A stretch of DNA of 63,760 nt, counting the filler, from Reclinomonas americana ATCC 50394 (lineage: Eukaryota), in assembly GCA_048213135.1 (NCBI GenBank). It is 6 parts of 3 records of this genome, joined end to end, with 100 filler letters (N's around TTAATTAATTAA, not from the genome) between each part and the next. Parts side by side here need not be neighbours in the genome. Positions count along the whole stretch, not along the records: positions 1 to 25,537 come from PS015044.1; positions 25,638 to 29,808 come from PS015044.1; positions 29,909 to 35,131 come from PS015044.1; 3 more parts are not named here. One strand, given 5' to 3'. The translations under genes and the position numbers were made by a program. The number at the start of each line of letters is the position of its first letter. Positions within the stretch are counted from its first letter, which is position 1. Of this stretch, positions 1 through 31,600 are shown one piece after another. The notes below the pieces were generated by a model. It was not told where the DNA came from and ran no database searches. It saw only the letters and a program-made list of their open reading frames with translations.

Positions 1-1198
1 GAGAGAGAGAGGCAAAGAAAAAAAGACAGATAGACAGACAGAGAGCGAGAGAGAAAAGAGGTTCGACACAAGGGCCAGGGACGCGTTGAGACTCGCTGAT
101 CAACGGCGAGGAAGGGTGTGAGAGAGGAAGAGGTGAGAAATGTGGCGAGCATGCTGCCAAAAAAACAAGCAGTAAACTGTAGGTGTCAGAAAAGGAGCGA
201 GAAAAGGTGGGAGACATAGAAAGGCAGAAAAGCAGGTCAGCAGCGAGAGATGGAGGGAGGAAAGAGAAAAGAACAGNNNNNNNNNNNNNNNNNNNNNNNN
301 NNNNNNNNNNNNNNNNNNNNNNNNNNNNNNNNNNNNNNNNNNNNNNNNNNNNNNNNNNNNNNNNNNNNNNNNNNNNNNNNNNNNNNNNNNNNNNNNNNNN
401 NNNNNNNNNNNNNNNNNNNNNNNNNNNNNNNNNNNNNNNNNNNNNNNNNNNNNNNNNNNNNNNNNNNNNNNNNNNNNNNNNNNNNNNNNNNNNNNNNNNN
501 NNNNNNNNNNNNNNNNNNNNNNNNNNNNNNNNNNNNNNNNNNNNNNNNNNNNNNNNNNNNNNNNNNGCTGCTGACCTACTTTTCTGCCTTTCTATGTCTC
601 CCACCTTTTCTCTCTCCTTTTCTGACACCTACAGTTTACTGCTTGTTTTTTGGCGGCATGAACGCCAGGTGTCGCACCTTTTTTCTCTCTCACTTCTTCT
701 CCCACTCCCAGTCTCTCCCTTCACCCCTTTACCGTTTGCCTGTTTGTTTGTGGCAGCAGGCACGCCACTGATCTTGTGTTCTCCCCCTTCTCAGTTCCGC
801 CTCATTGTTGATCTGCTTGCTTGCTCGCCGTTGACTATTGTGCCACACATCATTTCTCTCTCACACACGCACACGCTCTCTCTATCTCTATCTCTCTCAC
901 ATTAACGACCTGCTTTCTCCGTACGCCGCTTGCTCTTCTGTCACACCTCTTCACTCGCCCTTTTCCCTCCTCTTTCCCATTATCCTACTTTCTGTCCTCT
1001 TCCGCTCCCCTCTCTTCCCGCTTTTCTCTTTGCTTCTGGTACTCTTTCTAGTCAAGTCCCCCAATCTTCTACACCCTTTTCCTTCCCCTTCACCCCCTTT
1101 CCCTCGCCGTTCCCATTCGCTCTCCCCTTTCCCTTTCCGTCAATCTTGGCCCCTTTCCCTTCCTCTTCCCTTTCTCACCCCTTCCCCTCCTCGCACAG

Positions 1199-1541
1199 GT
1201 GCTACCTCTGCCTCTTTGTGGGCTCCTCAACCGACCCCCGCGCCCGCAACCCCGATGCACTCGACGAACCCGCAGGGCAATCAGCGCGGCGCACCGTGCT
1301 CAACTTTGGAACGTGCGTGGTGCTCCGCCATTCTTTTTTACCTTCTCCACCACCTGTTCCTTATTCTCCCCTCCTCTGCAGCAAGAAGCAAGGACATCGA
1401 TCCAAGTCCAGCGGCCTCGCCCGAGTTCCTGTCAAGAGCCGCCAGTGGATTCTGGCCAAGAAGGAGAGGCAGCGCATGCAGGGCAAGGACACCGTGCGTG
1501 ACTCCAAGTACACGGGCCGCAAGAGGAGACCGCGCTTCTAA
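1199..1541 (+). CDS. BUD23: 18S rRNA m7G methyltransferase BUD23/WBSCR22, last two exons (5'-partial)
   Basis: Exons 1199-1312 and 1382-1541 (GTGCGT...CAG intron) give CYLCLFVG...KSRQWILAKKERQRMQGKDTVRDSKYTGRKRRPRF*, the characteristic Bud23/WBSCR22 C-terminus. Upstream exons not identified. Confidence 0.88.
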
Positions 1542-1638
1542 CACCAATGAATGCATCGCGGCGAGAGTCTTGTGTGCGTGTTCACTTCTTGTTCTAAACT
1601 GTACCCACCACATCTGCGGTTGCCGTCTCGCGCGCTAG

Positions 1639-3860
1639 TTACTGCCGGGGGCACGGATACACGAGAGGAACGTAGACCTGACCGGCAGCCGACCGCATGG
1701 GCTTGTAGCGCATGTCCTATTCACATTCAATGTGGGTGAGTGACGCGCCACGAGCTGTACGCGGACACGCAGACTACGCAACTTGCACGAGCTGATTCAG
1801 CGAGAGGTACTCGGGCACACTGGGGCCCTGGCCAGAGTCGTACTTGCCGGCGTTGTTCTTCACATTCCAGTTGCGGTCCTTGCCCACTGCGCCAACATCG
1901 TAAGGCCACGACAGGCAGACGACGTGCAATGAGAGAAGGGCAGCAGACAACACGCAACTGGCCATCAGGCAGAGTGTAACCGTGCCGGGAATGCGCTCAG
2001 AAAAACTATCACACAGCAAAAGAGTCAGCGCAGACAGCGGACACCCTCCACCTCTTCTCTCTCTCCATTCCTTCTCTTTCTCCAACCCATCTCCTCTCCA
2101 TCTCTTCTTTCTCCAACCCATCTCCTCTCCACCTCTTCTTTCTCCAACCCATCTGTCTCCATCCCTTCACTCTCCATCCCTTCTCTTTCTCCAACCTATC
2201 TCCTCTCCATCCCTTCTTCTCTTTCTACAACCCATCTCTCTCCATCTCTTCTCTCCATCCCTCCTCCCTCCATCTCTTCTCTCCAGCCCACCTCTCTCCA
2301 ACCCGTCTCCCTCAATCTCTCCTCTCTCCATCCCTTTTCTCTCTCCAACCCATCTTCCTCCATCCCTTCTTTTTCTCCATCCCTCCTCCCTCCATCCCTT
2401 CACTCTCCAACCCTTCCCTTTCTACAACCCATCTCCTCTCCATCTCTCTCCATCCCTTCTCTCTCCAACCCATCTCTCTCTCTCCATCTCTTCACTCTCC
2501 ATCCCATCTCTCTCCATCCCTTTTCTTTCAACAATCCTTCTCTCTCCATCCCTTCTCTCTCAAACCCTTCTCTCTCAAACCCTTCTCTCTCCATCCCTTC
2601 TCTCCATCTCTTCACTCTCCATCCCATCTCTCCCCATCCCTCCTCCCTCCATCCCTTCTCTCCATCTCTTCACTCTCCATCCCATCTCTCTCCTACCCTT
2701 CTTCTCTCCATCTCTTCACCCTCCCAACTCGTAATCTCGTCAAGCACACACCGGAACAAAAACGTGCCCTCCGGCTTGCCATGCAAGCGTCTCTCGCTCT
2801 CCGCCCTGGTGATCTTGCCGTGGAACCATCTGAGGTGGGAGGACAAGGGGGGGAGGGGTGAGAGAAGAGAAGTGAAAGGTCAAGGGTGGGACAGACGACG
2901 GAGAAGAGAATTATGAGGGGTAAGGGCGAGACAGTAGCGTGCAGAGACAAGAAAGTCAACAGAGTGTGAGTGTGTGTGTGTGTGTGAATGTGTGTGTGTG
3001 TGTGTGTGTGTACGTGTGTACGTCCTATGAAAACGCAACTCTTGTGTGACCACATCAATAACCTGCATGCGGACAAGGAATTATCAACACAACACAACAT
3101 AACAGACATCTCTTCCCTCTCCGCCACTCACCTTCTTGACCGTGCCCTTGCGCGTGGGCGTACCGGGTGGAAGGAGCGACGGCGATGAGTCGGCATTGAC
3201 GTACAGCGACTCCTGGTCACTGGTGCTCTCGTAGAGCGACGTGCTATCGGTCTGCGGACTCGGTGAGCAAACAACAGAATGCTGACAACGACGCACTGTC
3301 CTCCATTCACACCTTTGCCACGGTGGTTCCCGCGAACGCGTCAAATGTCGGATCGGCATCGCTTTCGTAAAACGGCGACACATACATCACGCTGTCTTCG
3401 GCCTCCAGCGGGCCGAATGGCGCCACAAAGAAGCGACTCCACGTATCGTAGGTGACTGTGCCGGAGCCAACGGAATCCTCTGAGAGAGAGGTATCAGTGT
3501 GGGTTCTGATAGTCTGTGTTCGCGTACATGATGGCGACGCACCAAACAGCATTCGAAGCTGCGAGAGTTCGACAGCAGTCGCGTGCAACACGTCGCCAAC
3601 AATCGACACGAACTCGTCCCACGAAACCGAGGCCTGCGGAAATGCAGTGAGGTGACTCGGCAAGGACAATCAGAAAGGACAACTTGCAACGCAACTCGCC
3701 CGGCAAAACGCGCTTCAACTGCCTGCGCCAAGACATCCACGCCATGGCCGGCCGGTGGTGAGGAGACCGCAGAGGAGGCACTCGCTGAGCCCACGGAAGG
3801 CGTGCTGTACGGTGCGGGAAACTGTGGTGCCGACGAGAAACCCTGCGGTGTCGTCGCCAT
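1639..3860 (-). CDS. Multi-exon SH2-domain protein with N-terminal Cbl-TKB/Shk-like EF-hand region
   Basis: Manual splicing gives VIDVVTQE-WFHGKITRAESERRLHGKPEGTFLFR-FSERIPGTVTLCLMA-MGKDRNWNVKNN...EYLSLNQLVQ-DMRYK...PLVYPCPRQ* (WFHG, GTFLxRFS and SLxxLV...LxxP SH2 hallmarks). It is preceded by VSWDEFVSIV...ELSQLRMLF..GSGTVTYDTWSRFFVAPFGPL. ATG at 3860, TAA at 1639-1641. Confidence 0.85.
2040..2730. repeat. CT-rich degenerate tandem repeat (CTCTCCATCCC-like) in SH2-gene intron
   Basis: Repeated ctctccatccc/ctccaaccc units between the TFLFR and FSER exons. Confidence 0.9.
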
Positions 3861-6191
3861 GGCGGCAGGCGGCGGTGCGGATTCGTAACGAGGGAAGCTT
3901 GCACATCACGACACGTTATGCGGAAGAATTACAAAAAGAGTTACAAAGGAGTTTGGAGCGAACCTCGCAGAAGACATGGCGGCTGCTTGTGCGACTGTGC
4001 AATATGGCATGAGTGACACAAGTGAAGATAAAGATGCACATAACTACTCACCGGCGACAGGCGGAGTCTGCGGCGGCGAGGGTGACCAGAGCTGCGCGCC
4101 ACCAAACGTGCCAGACGGAGGCGGTGTGTCCGTGCTCTCATACTGCGAGGGTGCACAAGGTTATTCGCGGAGCATCAACGGTGATATATTGGAGGCGTCA
4201 CCAACCAGTGACATGTTGGAGAGGGCACCGGCGGTCGACGACATGGACGCGTTGCCGACGCTGGACGGTGAAAAGTCCGCGTTGGGAGTGCCGACAGCCG
4301 GCGTCGATGCGGTGGCCACAAACGATGCTACGCGGCGCACGCGAGGGTACTTGTTGACGAATGGGTGCTCGGAGAGTTGTCGTGCAGTGGGTCGTTCCTC
4401 TGGGACGCTGGGGGGAGGGGGAAGGGTGAGAGGGGGAAGGAAGGGGAGAAAGGGGGAAGGGAGTGAGAGGGTGAGGGGGAAGGGGAAAGGGGANNNNNNN
4501 NNNNNNNNNNNNNNNNNNNNNNNNNNNNNNNNNNNNNNNNNNNNNNNNNNNNNNNNNNNNNNNNNNNNNNNNNNNNNNNNNNNNNNNNNNNNNNNNNNNN
4601 NNNNNNNNNNNNNNNNNNNNNNNNNNNNNNNNNNNNNNNNNNNNNNNNNNNNNNNNNNNNNNNNNNNNNNNNNNNNNNNNNNNNNNNNNNNNNNNNNNNN
4701 NNNNNNNNNNNNNNNNNNNNNNNNNNNNNNNNNNNNNNNNNNNNNNNNNNNNNNNNNNNNNNNNNNNNNNNNNNNNNNNNNNNNNNNNNNNNNNNNNNNN
4801 NNNNNNNNNNNNNNNNNNNNNNNNNNNNNNNNNNNNNNNNNNNNNNNNNNNNNNNNNNNNNNNNNNNNNNNNNNNNNNNNNNNNNNNNNNNNNNNNNNNN
4901 NNNNNNNNNNNNNNNNNNNNNNNNNNNNNNNNNNNNNNNNNNNNNNNNNNNNNNNNNNNNNNNNNNNNNNNNNNNNNNNNNNNNNNNNNNNNNNNNNNNN
5001 NNNNNNNNNNNNNNNNNNNNNNNNNNNNNNNNNNNNNNNNNNNNNNNNNNNNNNNNNNNNNNNNNNNNNNNNNNNNNNNNNNNNNNNNNNNNNNNNNNNN
5101 NNNNNNNNNNNGGGAAGGGTGAGAGGGGGAAGGGGGAAGGGGAAGGGGAAGGGGGAAGGGAGAGAAAGAAGGGAGGAAGGAAGTGAGAGGGAGAGGGGGG
5201 AGAAGGGGGAGAAGGGGAAAGAGAAGGGAGACGGGAGGAAGGGGAAGGGAGCGAGGGGAAGCGAGTGATGAGTGCAGCGAGTGAAAGACGGAGGTGAAGG
5301 GAGGGAGTGCAACGTCAGAACAGGTGCAGAAAGAGCAGGAGAAAGCAAAGAAAGAGTCAGAAGAAGGCACAAACGACGTCGGAGCAGGAAAGAGGGCGAG
5401 TAAGCAAATCTCAAAACGAACCGACGGAAGCATTGCAACAAGAAATCTCTCGCGTCTTCCGACACGTCGGCCGGAATGGTCGGAATCGCACCGCCATGGG
5501 TCACCTACACATCAAGGAAGTCAGCTTGCAACAAAAAAGAGCACAAAAGAACACATGCGCACCGCATACATCACGGCCCACTCGTTCGTCTTTTCCGAGA
5601 ACGGCACTCGACCCTACCGCACCATGGGTTAGAACACACAGGACGGCTGGTGAGGGTGCCGTGAGGAGCAGATGAATTACCGTCAGCAGCTCCAGCACGG
5701 TGCATCCGAGCGACCTACAATCAAAAGTAAGCATTCTAGACTCCCAACGGCAACCATCGCATCGACCCACCAGATATCTAACACCCACAACAGAGAATGA
5801 GCGAAAACAAATGCGGAAGCAAAGAACAAGTGCAGCACGAACCAGCTTTGATTGTGTACTGGCCCATGAACACTTCCGGCGCCGCAAAACCTGCATTGCA
5901 CACGCAAGGTGAGATGTTGAACTGGCGCACATCTATCAAGCTCTGTCTCTATTCTCTCTTCCCTCTCTCTCTCTCTCTCGATTCGTTTCCGTACGGGTTT
6001 GGTTACTACCGAAACCGGAAACGACCTNNNNNNNNNNNNNNNNNNNNNNNNNNNNNNNNNNNNNNNNNNNNNNNNNNNNNNNNNNNNNNNNNNNNNNNNN
6101 NNNNNNNNNNNNNNNNNNNNNNNNNNNNNNNNNNNNNNNNNNNNNNNNNNNNNNNNNNNNNNNNNNNNNNNNNNTAGGAGACAGCCTCTCA

Positions 6192-6233
<42 letters not shown>

Positions 6234-6519
6234 CCTCCAGTTCATGCCTTTCCGCTTCTCTCCTTGCGCATCTGGATCGATCGCAGAGCTGAAAGGAGCC
6301 AACGGGGACGCAGGCTTCTCATGCATTCTCCTCCGCTCTTTGTACACTCTGCTCCCTTTCCTGCTCTCTCTCTCTCTCTCATGCGCGGTGCGTGCGACCT
6401 TGAAGACTTGAAGCATATGAAACGATCGCAGAACTCAGTGGGGTAGAAAAAGGGACAGGCCTCGCATGCTCTTTCTCTCTCTCTCTCTCTGTGAGTGCTC
6501 CGTGTCAATTCGCTTCTCT

Positions 6520-25537
<19,018 letters not shown>

Positions 25538-25637
25538 NNNNNNNNNNNNNNNNNNNNNNNNNNNNNNNNNNNNNNNNNNNNTTAATTAATTAANNNNNNN
25601 NNNNNNNNNNNNNNNNNNNNNNNNNNNNNNNNNNNNN
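25538..25637. other. Artificial contig join (44N-TTAATTAATTAA-44N)
   Basis: Exactly 100 bp with a six-frame stop linker at 25582-25593; the identical construct occurs five times. Confidence 0.97.
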
Positions 25638-28600
25638 TATGCTGTCGTCGACCGATGTGAATACTGGTCAGGTGCTGTCGTACACTGTTGTGGGTGGTGC
25701 GGATCAAGCATCGTTCAACATCAGCGGCTCGAGCCTGCGTTCGAACGTCGCTGGCCTGACGGGCAACGCGCTGCAAGTGATTGTACAAGTCAGCGACGGT
25801 GCTGGTGGTGTGACAACTGCAACATTTGTCATCGACGAAGGTGTGTTTGTCTCTTAAGTCATCAATCGTTGTGTGGCTGACGTACTCACTACATCTACCC
25901 GCCAATCAGCCAATGTGGTGCCGTCAATTCCAACATTGTCATCCAGTGTGTATGCGCCACCGCTGGCGACCAACGGCGTCATTGGCACTCTTGCATCGTC
26001 CGACCCGAACACTGGCCAGACGTTGACATACTCGATTGTTGGTGGCACGCATCAGTCATCCTTCAACATCAGTGGAACGGATTTGCGCTCCAGTGTGGGT
26101 GGCCTGACGGGCAACAACCTCCAAGTGATTGTACAAGTAGACGATGGAGCAGGCGGCACCAACACAGCGACATTCCTCATCAACGAAGGTTGGACTGGCT
26201 CGCACTGCGCTCGTCCTTCTTGTTTCTCGTTAACCCATCGCTTTTGTTTTATTGTGCAGCCAATGTGAACCCGACTACGCCCACTCTGTCAAGCAGCACT
26301 TACATCCCACCACTCGCCACAAATGGCGTCATTGGCACTCTCGCCTCGACAGACGCCAACACGGGTCAGACGCTGACGTACACCATCACCGGCGGCACCA
26401 GCATGGGATCGTTCAACATCAGCGGCAGCAGCTTGCGGTCAAATGTTGCTGGTCTCACCGGCAACAGCCTGCAAGTAATTGTGCAAGTGAGCGATGGAGC
26501 AGGTGGCACCAACACGTCCACGTTCACCATCAGCGAAGGTCCGTGCGGTGGCTTGTTCTTTTGCTTCTTCCTTTTTTGCACTCGCTCAGTCGCACACTCT
26601 ATTATCTTCATTACAGCCAATGTTGTGCCGACGCCGCCGACTCTATCCACCTCGACGTACACTCCACCACTCGNNNNNNNNNNNNNNNNNNNNNNNNNNN
26701 NNNNNNNNNNNNNNNNNNNNNNNNNNNNNNNNNNNNNNNNNNNNNNNNNNNNNNNNNNNNNNNNNNNNNNNNNNNNNNNNNNNNNNNNNNNNNNNNNNNN
26801 NNNNNNNNNNNNNNNNNNNNNNNNNNNNNNNNNNNNNNNNNNNNNNNNNNNNNNNNNNNNNNNNNNNNNNNNNNNNNNNNNNNNNNNNNNNNNNNNNNNN
26901 NNNNNNNNNNNNNNNNNNNNNNNNNNNNNNNNNNNNNNNNNNNNNNNNNNNNNNNNNNNNNNNNNNNNNNNNNNNNNNNNNNNNNNNNNNNNNNNNNNNN
27001 NNNNNNNNNNNNNNNNNNNNNNNNNNNNNNNNNNNNNNNNNNNNNNNNNNNNNNNNNNNNNNNNNNNNNNNNNNNNNNNNNNNNNNNNNNNNNNNNNNNN
27101 NNNNNNNNNNNNNNNNNNNNNNGGTGGTACCAATCAGGCATCGTTCAACATCAGCGGCACCGACTTGCGATCCAATGTGGCTGGTCTGAGTGGCAACGGA
27201 CTGCAGGTGATTGTGCAAGTGAGCGATGGAGCTGGTGGTACCAACACATCCACGTTCACCATCAGCGAAGGTTTGTATCGCTCCTTATCTGTTAAAAGTC
27301 GCGTGGCTGACTTAGTGTCTGGGGTGCGCAGCCAATGTGCCTCCGTCTGCTCCGACGATTTCGTCGACTGCGTACAACCCACCGCTGGCCCTCAACGACG
27401 TTATCGGCGTCCTGTCCTCGACAGACCCAAACACTGGGCAGGTTTTGACGTTTAGCATTGTGGGTGGTGCGGATCAAGCCTCGTTTAACATCAGCGGGTC
27501 CAATCTTCGTTCCAATGTTGCCGGCCTCTCCGGCTCCAACTTGGTGGTCATTGTGCAAGTTAGTGACGGTGCTGGTGGCACAAACACCGCAACATTTACG
27601 ATCGGCAGCTGTTGCGTTGCATTCCACTCTCTCTTTGTATCTCCTGGTTGTTGCGCCTGCCTGACTTTGTTCCGTGAAACACAGCGAACTTACCGCCGTC
27701 GGTGCCCACGTTGTCGACTGTGCTTTACGTTCCTCCTCTGGCGCTCAACGGCGTCATTGGCGCGTTGTCGGCCACGGACCCAAACGTCGGTCAGACGCTG
27801 ACATTCAGCATTCTGGGAGGAGCCGACTCGGCGCTCTTCAACATCAGTGGCTCAGACTTGCGTTCCAATGTGGCTGGTCTCGTCGGCAACAATTTGGAGG
27901 TCATTGTCGAAGTCAGCGATGGATTCGGCGGACTGACAAATGCCAGATTCCTGATCAGCGAAGGTTGGTGGCACGCTGCCGCTCTCGTGTCTTGCTTGCA
28001 CAAGTCGTGCATGCTGTTGCTCATCCTTCTCCTGCACACAGTCAACGTGCCACCCACCGCACCTACCCTCTCGTCCTCGTCGTACATTCCCCCACTGGCC
28101 GCGAATGGAGTCATTGGCATCCTGTCATCCACCGACGTCAACAGCGGGCAGTCGTTGACATTCACGATCACTGGTGGTGCGCATCAGGCACTGTTCAACA
28201 TCAGTGGTTCCAGCCTCCGAAGCAGTGTTGCCGGACTCACCGGCAACAATCTGTCGGTGGAGGTCACTGTGTCGGATGGCGCCGGTGGCACCAACGTCAG
28301 CACATTCGTCGTTGGCGAAGGTCTGATGCACCTTGCTGTCTGACTGCACGTCCCATTTTTGTTTGCTGATTTGATTGTCTGTCGCGACCGCACAGCCAAC
28401 GTGAATCCCACTGCGCCGGTGCTGTCTGCGCTCTCTTTCACACCGCCGCTTCCGCTCAACGGCGTCATCGGCGCCCTGTCCTCCACAGACCCCAATACGG
28501 GTCAAGCGTTGACGTTCACCATTACCGGAGGCGTCAACGCAAGCTCGTTTGTCATTGTCGCCTCGGACCTGCGCTCCAATGTGGCGGGACTGAGTGGAAT

Positions 28601-31600
28601 CAATTTGCAAGTGGTGGTGACCGTCAGTGATGGTGCAGGTGGCACCTCCAGCAGCACATTTACCATTACTGAAGGTACGGTTTCGTGTTTCCAGAATGCA
28701 TTAACGCTGGTACTCATGAGGTGCTGCTGTACACAGTCAATGTGCCACCATCTGCTCCATCGCTGTCACCCTCGACGTACGCGCCGCCTCTGGCACTCAA
28801 CGGTGTCATTGGCACCCTCTCGTCGTCCGATCCGAATACGGGGCAGACGCTCTCGTATTCCATCACCGGCGGGAGCAATCAGGCATCGTTCAGCATCAGC
28901 GGCACAAGTCTGCTGTCGAATGTTGCCGGCTTGACAGGAAACAGTCTGCAGGTGACGGTGCAAGTCAGCGATGGCGCCGGAGGTATCAACAGTACGACGT
29001 TCTCGATCAGCGAGAGTTGCGTGATTGAAGTCTGTGGCAAGACGCGATGTCACTGTCGCTGAATGCTTGTCCATTAATTGCAGGCAATGTGCTCCCGAGT
29101 GCACCAACACTCTCGACCACTCTGTATGCGCCAACGCTGGCCTTGGGCGGCACAATCGGCACACTGGCCGCCACTGATGCGAATTCTGCGCAGACACTTG
29201 TTTACGCAGTCACCGGTGGCACACATCAGTCCGACTTTTACGTTGTTGGCAACAGCTTGCTCTCCAATGTCAATGGACTCAGCGGCAACGGTCTTCAAGT
29301 GGAGGTCACTGTGTCGGACGGCGCCGGTGGCTCGCGCTCATCTACATTCATCATCAACGAGAGTTGCGAGAACTGCATTCAGTGTTTCGTGGCTTGCAGG
29401 TTCTCATTTGTGCTTCTTTGTCCACAGGCAATGTGATACCGACTGCACCAGTGCTGTCCACCAGCACGTACGTTCCCCCGTTGGCCCTAGGAGCCGCCAT
29501 TGGCACAATCGCCGCCACCGATGTGAACACTGGGCAGACGCTGTCGTTCACCATCACCGGCGGTAGCGCGCAGGCCTCCTTCTCTCTGGTCGGCACCGAT
29601 CTTGTCTCTGCTGTCGCGGGCCTCACCGGCAGCGGCCTGCAAGTCACGGTCACTGTCTCCGACGGCGCAGGAGGCAGCAACTCGAGCACTTTCCTCATCA
29701 ACGAAGGTGATTCGCATTGCCATTGTGCGTATGATGTTTGCCATACTCACGTGAATCGCAGCCAATGTGTCTCCAACTGATCCCACCCTCTCGACCAACA
29801 CCTACATTNNNNNNNNNNNNNNNNNNNNNNNNNNNNNNNNNNNNNNNNNNNNTTAATTAATTAANNNNNNNNNNNNNNNNNNNNNNNNNNNNNNNNNNNN
29901 NNNNNNNNCCAATAGTTCCATGGAGAGCGAGAGGCGGCTGGTACACCAGGGTCGACAGCACCGGCGACGACGGCGACACATTGGCTGCGCACAGACGGCG
30001 TGAGTAACTCAAAAAAAAGACATGTTCTGCGAGTGTATGTGTGTGTGAATGCACACCTTCGTTAATGACAAATGAACTTGCGGCTGAGCCACCGGCGCCG
30101 TCGCTGACAGTCACTGTTACTTGCAGGCCGTTGCCAGTGAGACTGGCCACGTTGGCACGGAGACTGTTGCCGCTGATGTTGAACATGGACTGATTGGCGC
30201 CTCCAGTGACAGCGTACGTCAGCGTCTGACCCGTGTTCACGTCGCTTGACGAGAGCAGGCCAATGACACCGTTGAGTGCCAGCGGAGGNNNNNNNNNNNN
30301 NNNNNNNNNNNNNNNNNNNNNNNNNNNNNNNNNNNNNNNNNNNNNNNNNNNNNNNNNNNNNNNNNNNNNNNNNNNNNNNNNNNNNNNNNNNNNNNNNNNN
30401 NNNNNNNNNNNNNNNNNNNNNNNNNNNNNNNNNNNNNNNNNNNNNNNNNNNNNNNNNNNNNNNNNNNNNNNNNNNNNNNNNNNNNNNNNNNNNNNNNNNN
30501 NNNNNNNNNNNNNNNNNNNNNNNNNNNNNNNNNNNNNNNNNNNNNNNNNNNNNNNNNNNNNNNNNNNNNNNNNNNNNNNNNNNNNNNNNNNNNNNNNNNN
30601 NNNNNNNNNNNNNNNNNNNNNNNNNNNNNNNNNNNNNNNNNNNNNNNNNNNNNNNNNNNNNNNNNNNNNNNNNNNNNNNNNNNNNNNNNNNNNNNNNNNN
30701 NNNNNNNNNNNNNNNNNNNNNNNNNNNNNNNNNNNNNNNNNNNNNNNNNNNNNNNNNNNNNNNNNNNNNNNNNNNNNNNNNNNNNNNNNNNNNNNNNNNN
30801 NNNNNNNNNNNNNNNNNNNNNNNNNNNNNNNNNNNNNNNNNNNNNNNNNNNNNNNNNNNNNNNNNNNNNNNNNNNNNNNNNNNNNNNNNNNNNNNNNNNN
30901 NNNNNNNNNNNNNNNNNNNNNNNNNNNNNNNNNNNNNNNNNNNNNNNNNNNNNNNNNNNNNNNNNNNNNNNNNNNNNNNNNNNNNNNNNNNNNNNNNNNN
31001 NNNNNNNNNNNNNNNNNNNNNNNNNNNNNNNNNNNNNNNNNNNNNNNNNNNCACGCTGTCGGCGACCGACGTGAACACAGGCCAGACACTGTCGTTCTCC
31101 ATCACTGGCGGTGCCGATCAGGCGTCGTTTGAGATCAACGGAACCACTCTGCGCTCCAGTGTCGCGGGTCTGGTGGGCTCGAGTCTGCAAGTCGTCGTGA
31201 CGGTAAGCGACGGTGCCGGTGGATCGTCACAGGCCACATTCATTGTCACATCAAGTGCGTTGTCTTTCTCCATGGTTTGAGGTTTCTCTTTGCTGATTTC
31301 TCACACTCTGCAGTTGGCCCCGTGGACATGGCTCTATCCTCGACCACCTACACGCCACCGACCTCGACCGCGAATACGGTGGTTGGCACGCTCTCCACAA
31401 CCGACACATCTGCATCTTCACCCTACACCTACGCCGTGGTGGGCGGAACCGATGCTGCTGTGTTCTCGGTCATTGGGGATCAACTGGTAATTCGAGCTGC
31501 GGGACAGCGAGGTACCGGTCTGCAAGTGCAGGTGCTGTCAACCAATGCCAGTGGACAAACGCTGGCCAAGTTCTTTACTATCAACGACGGTGAGTGACGA

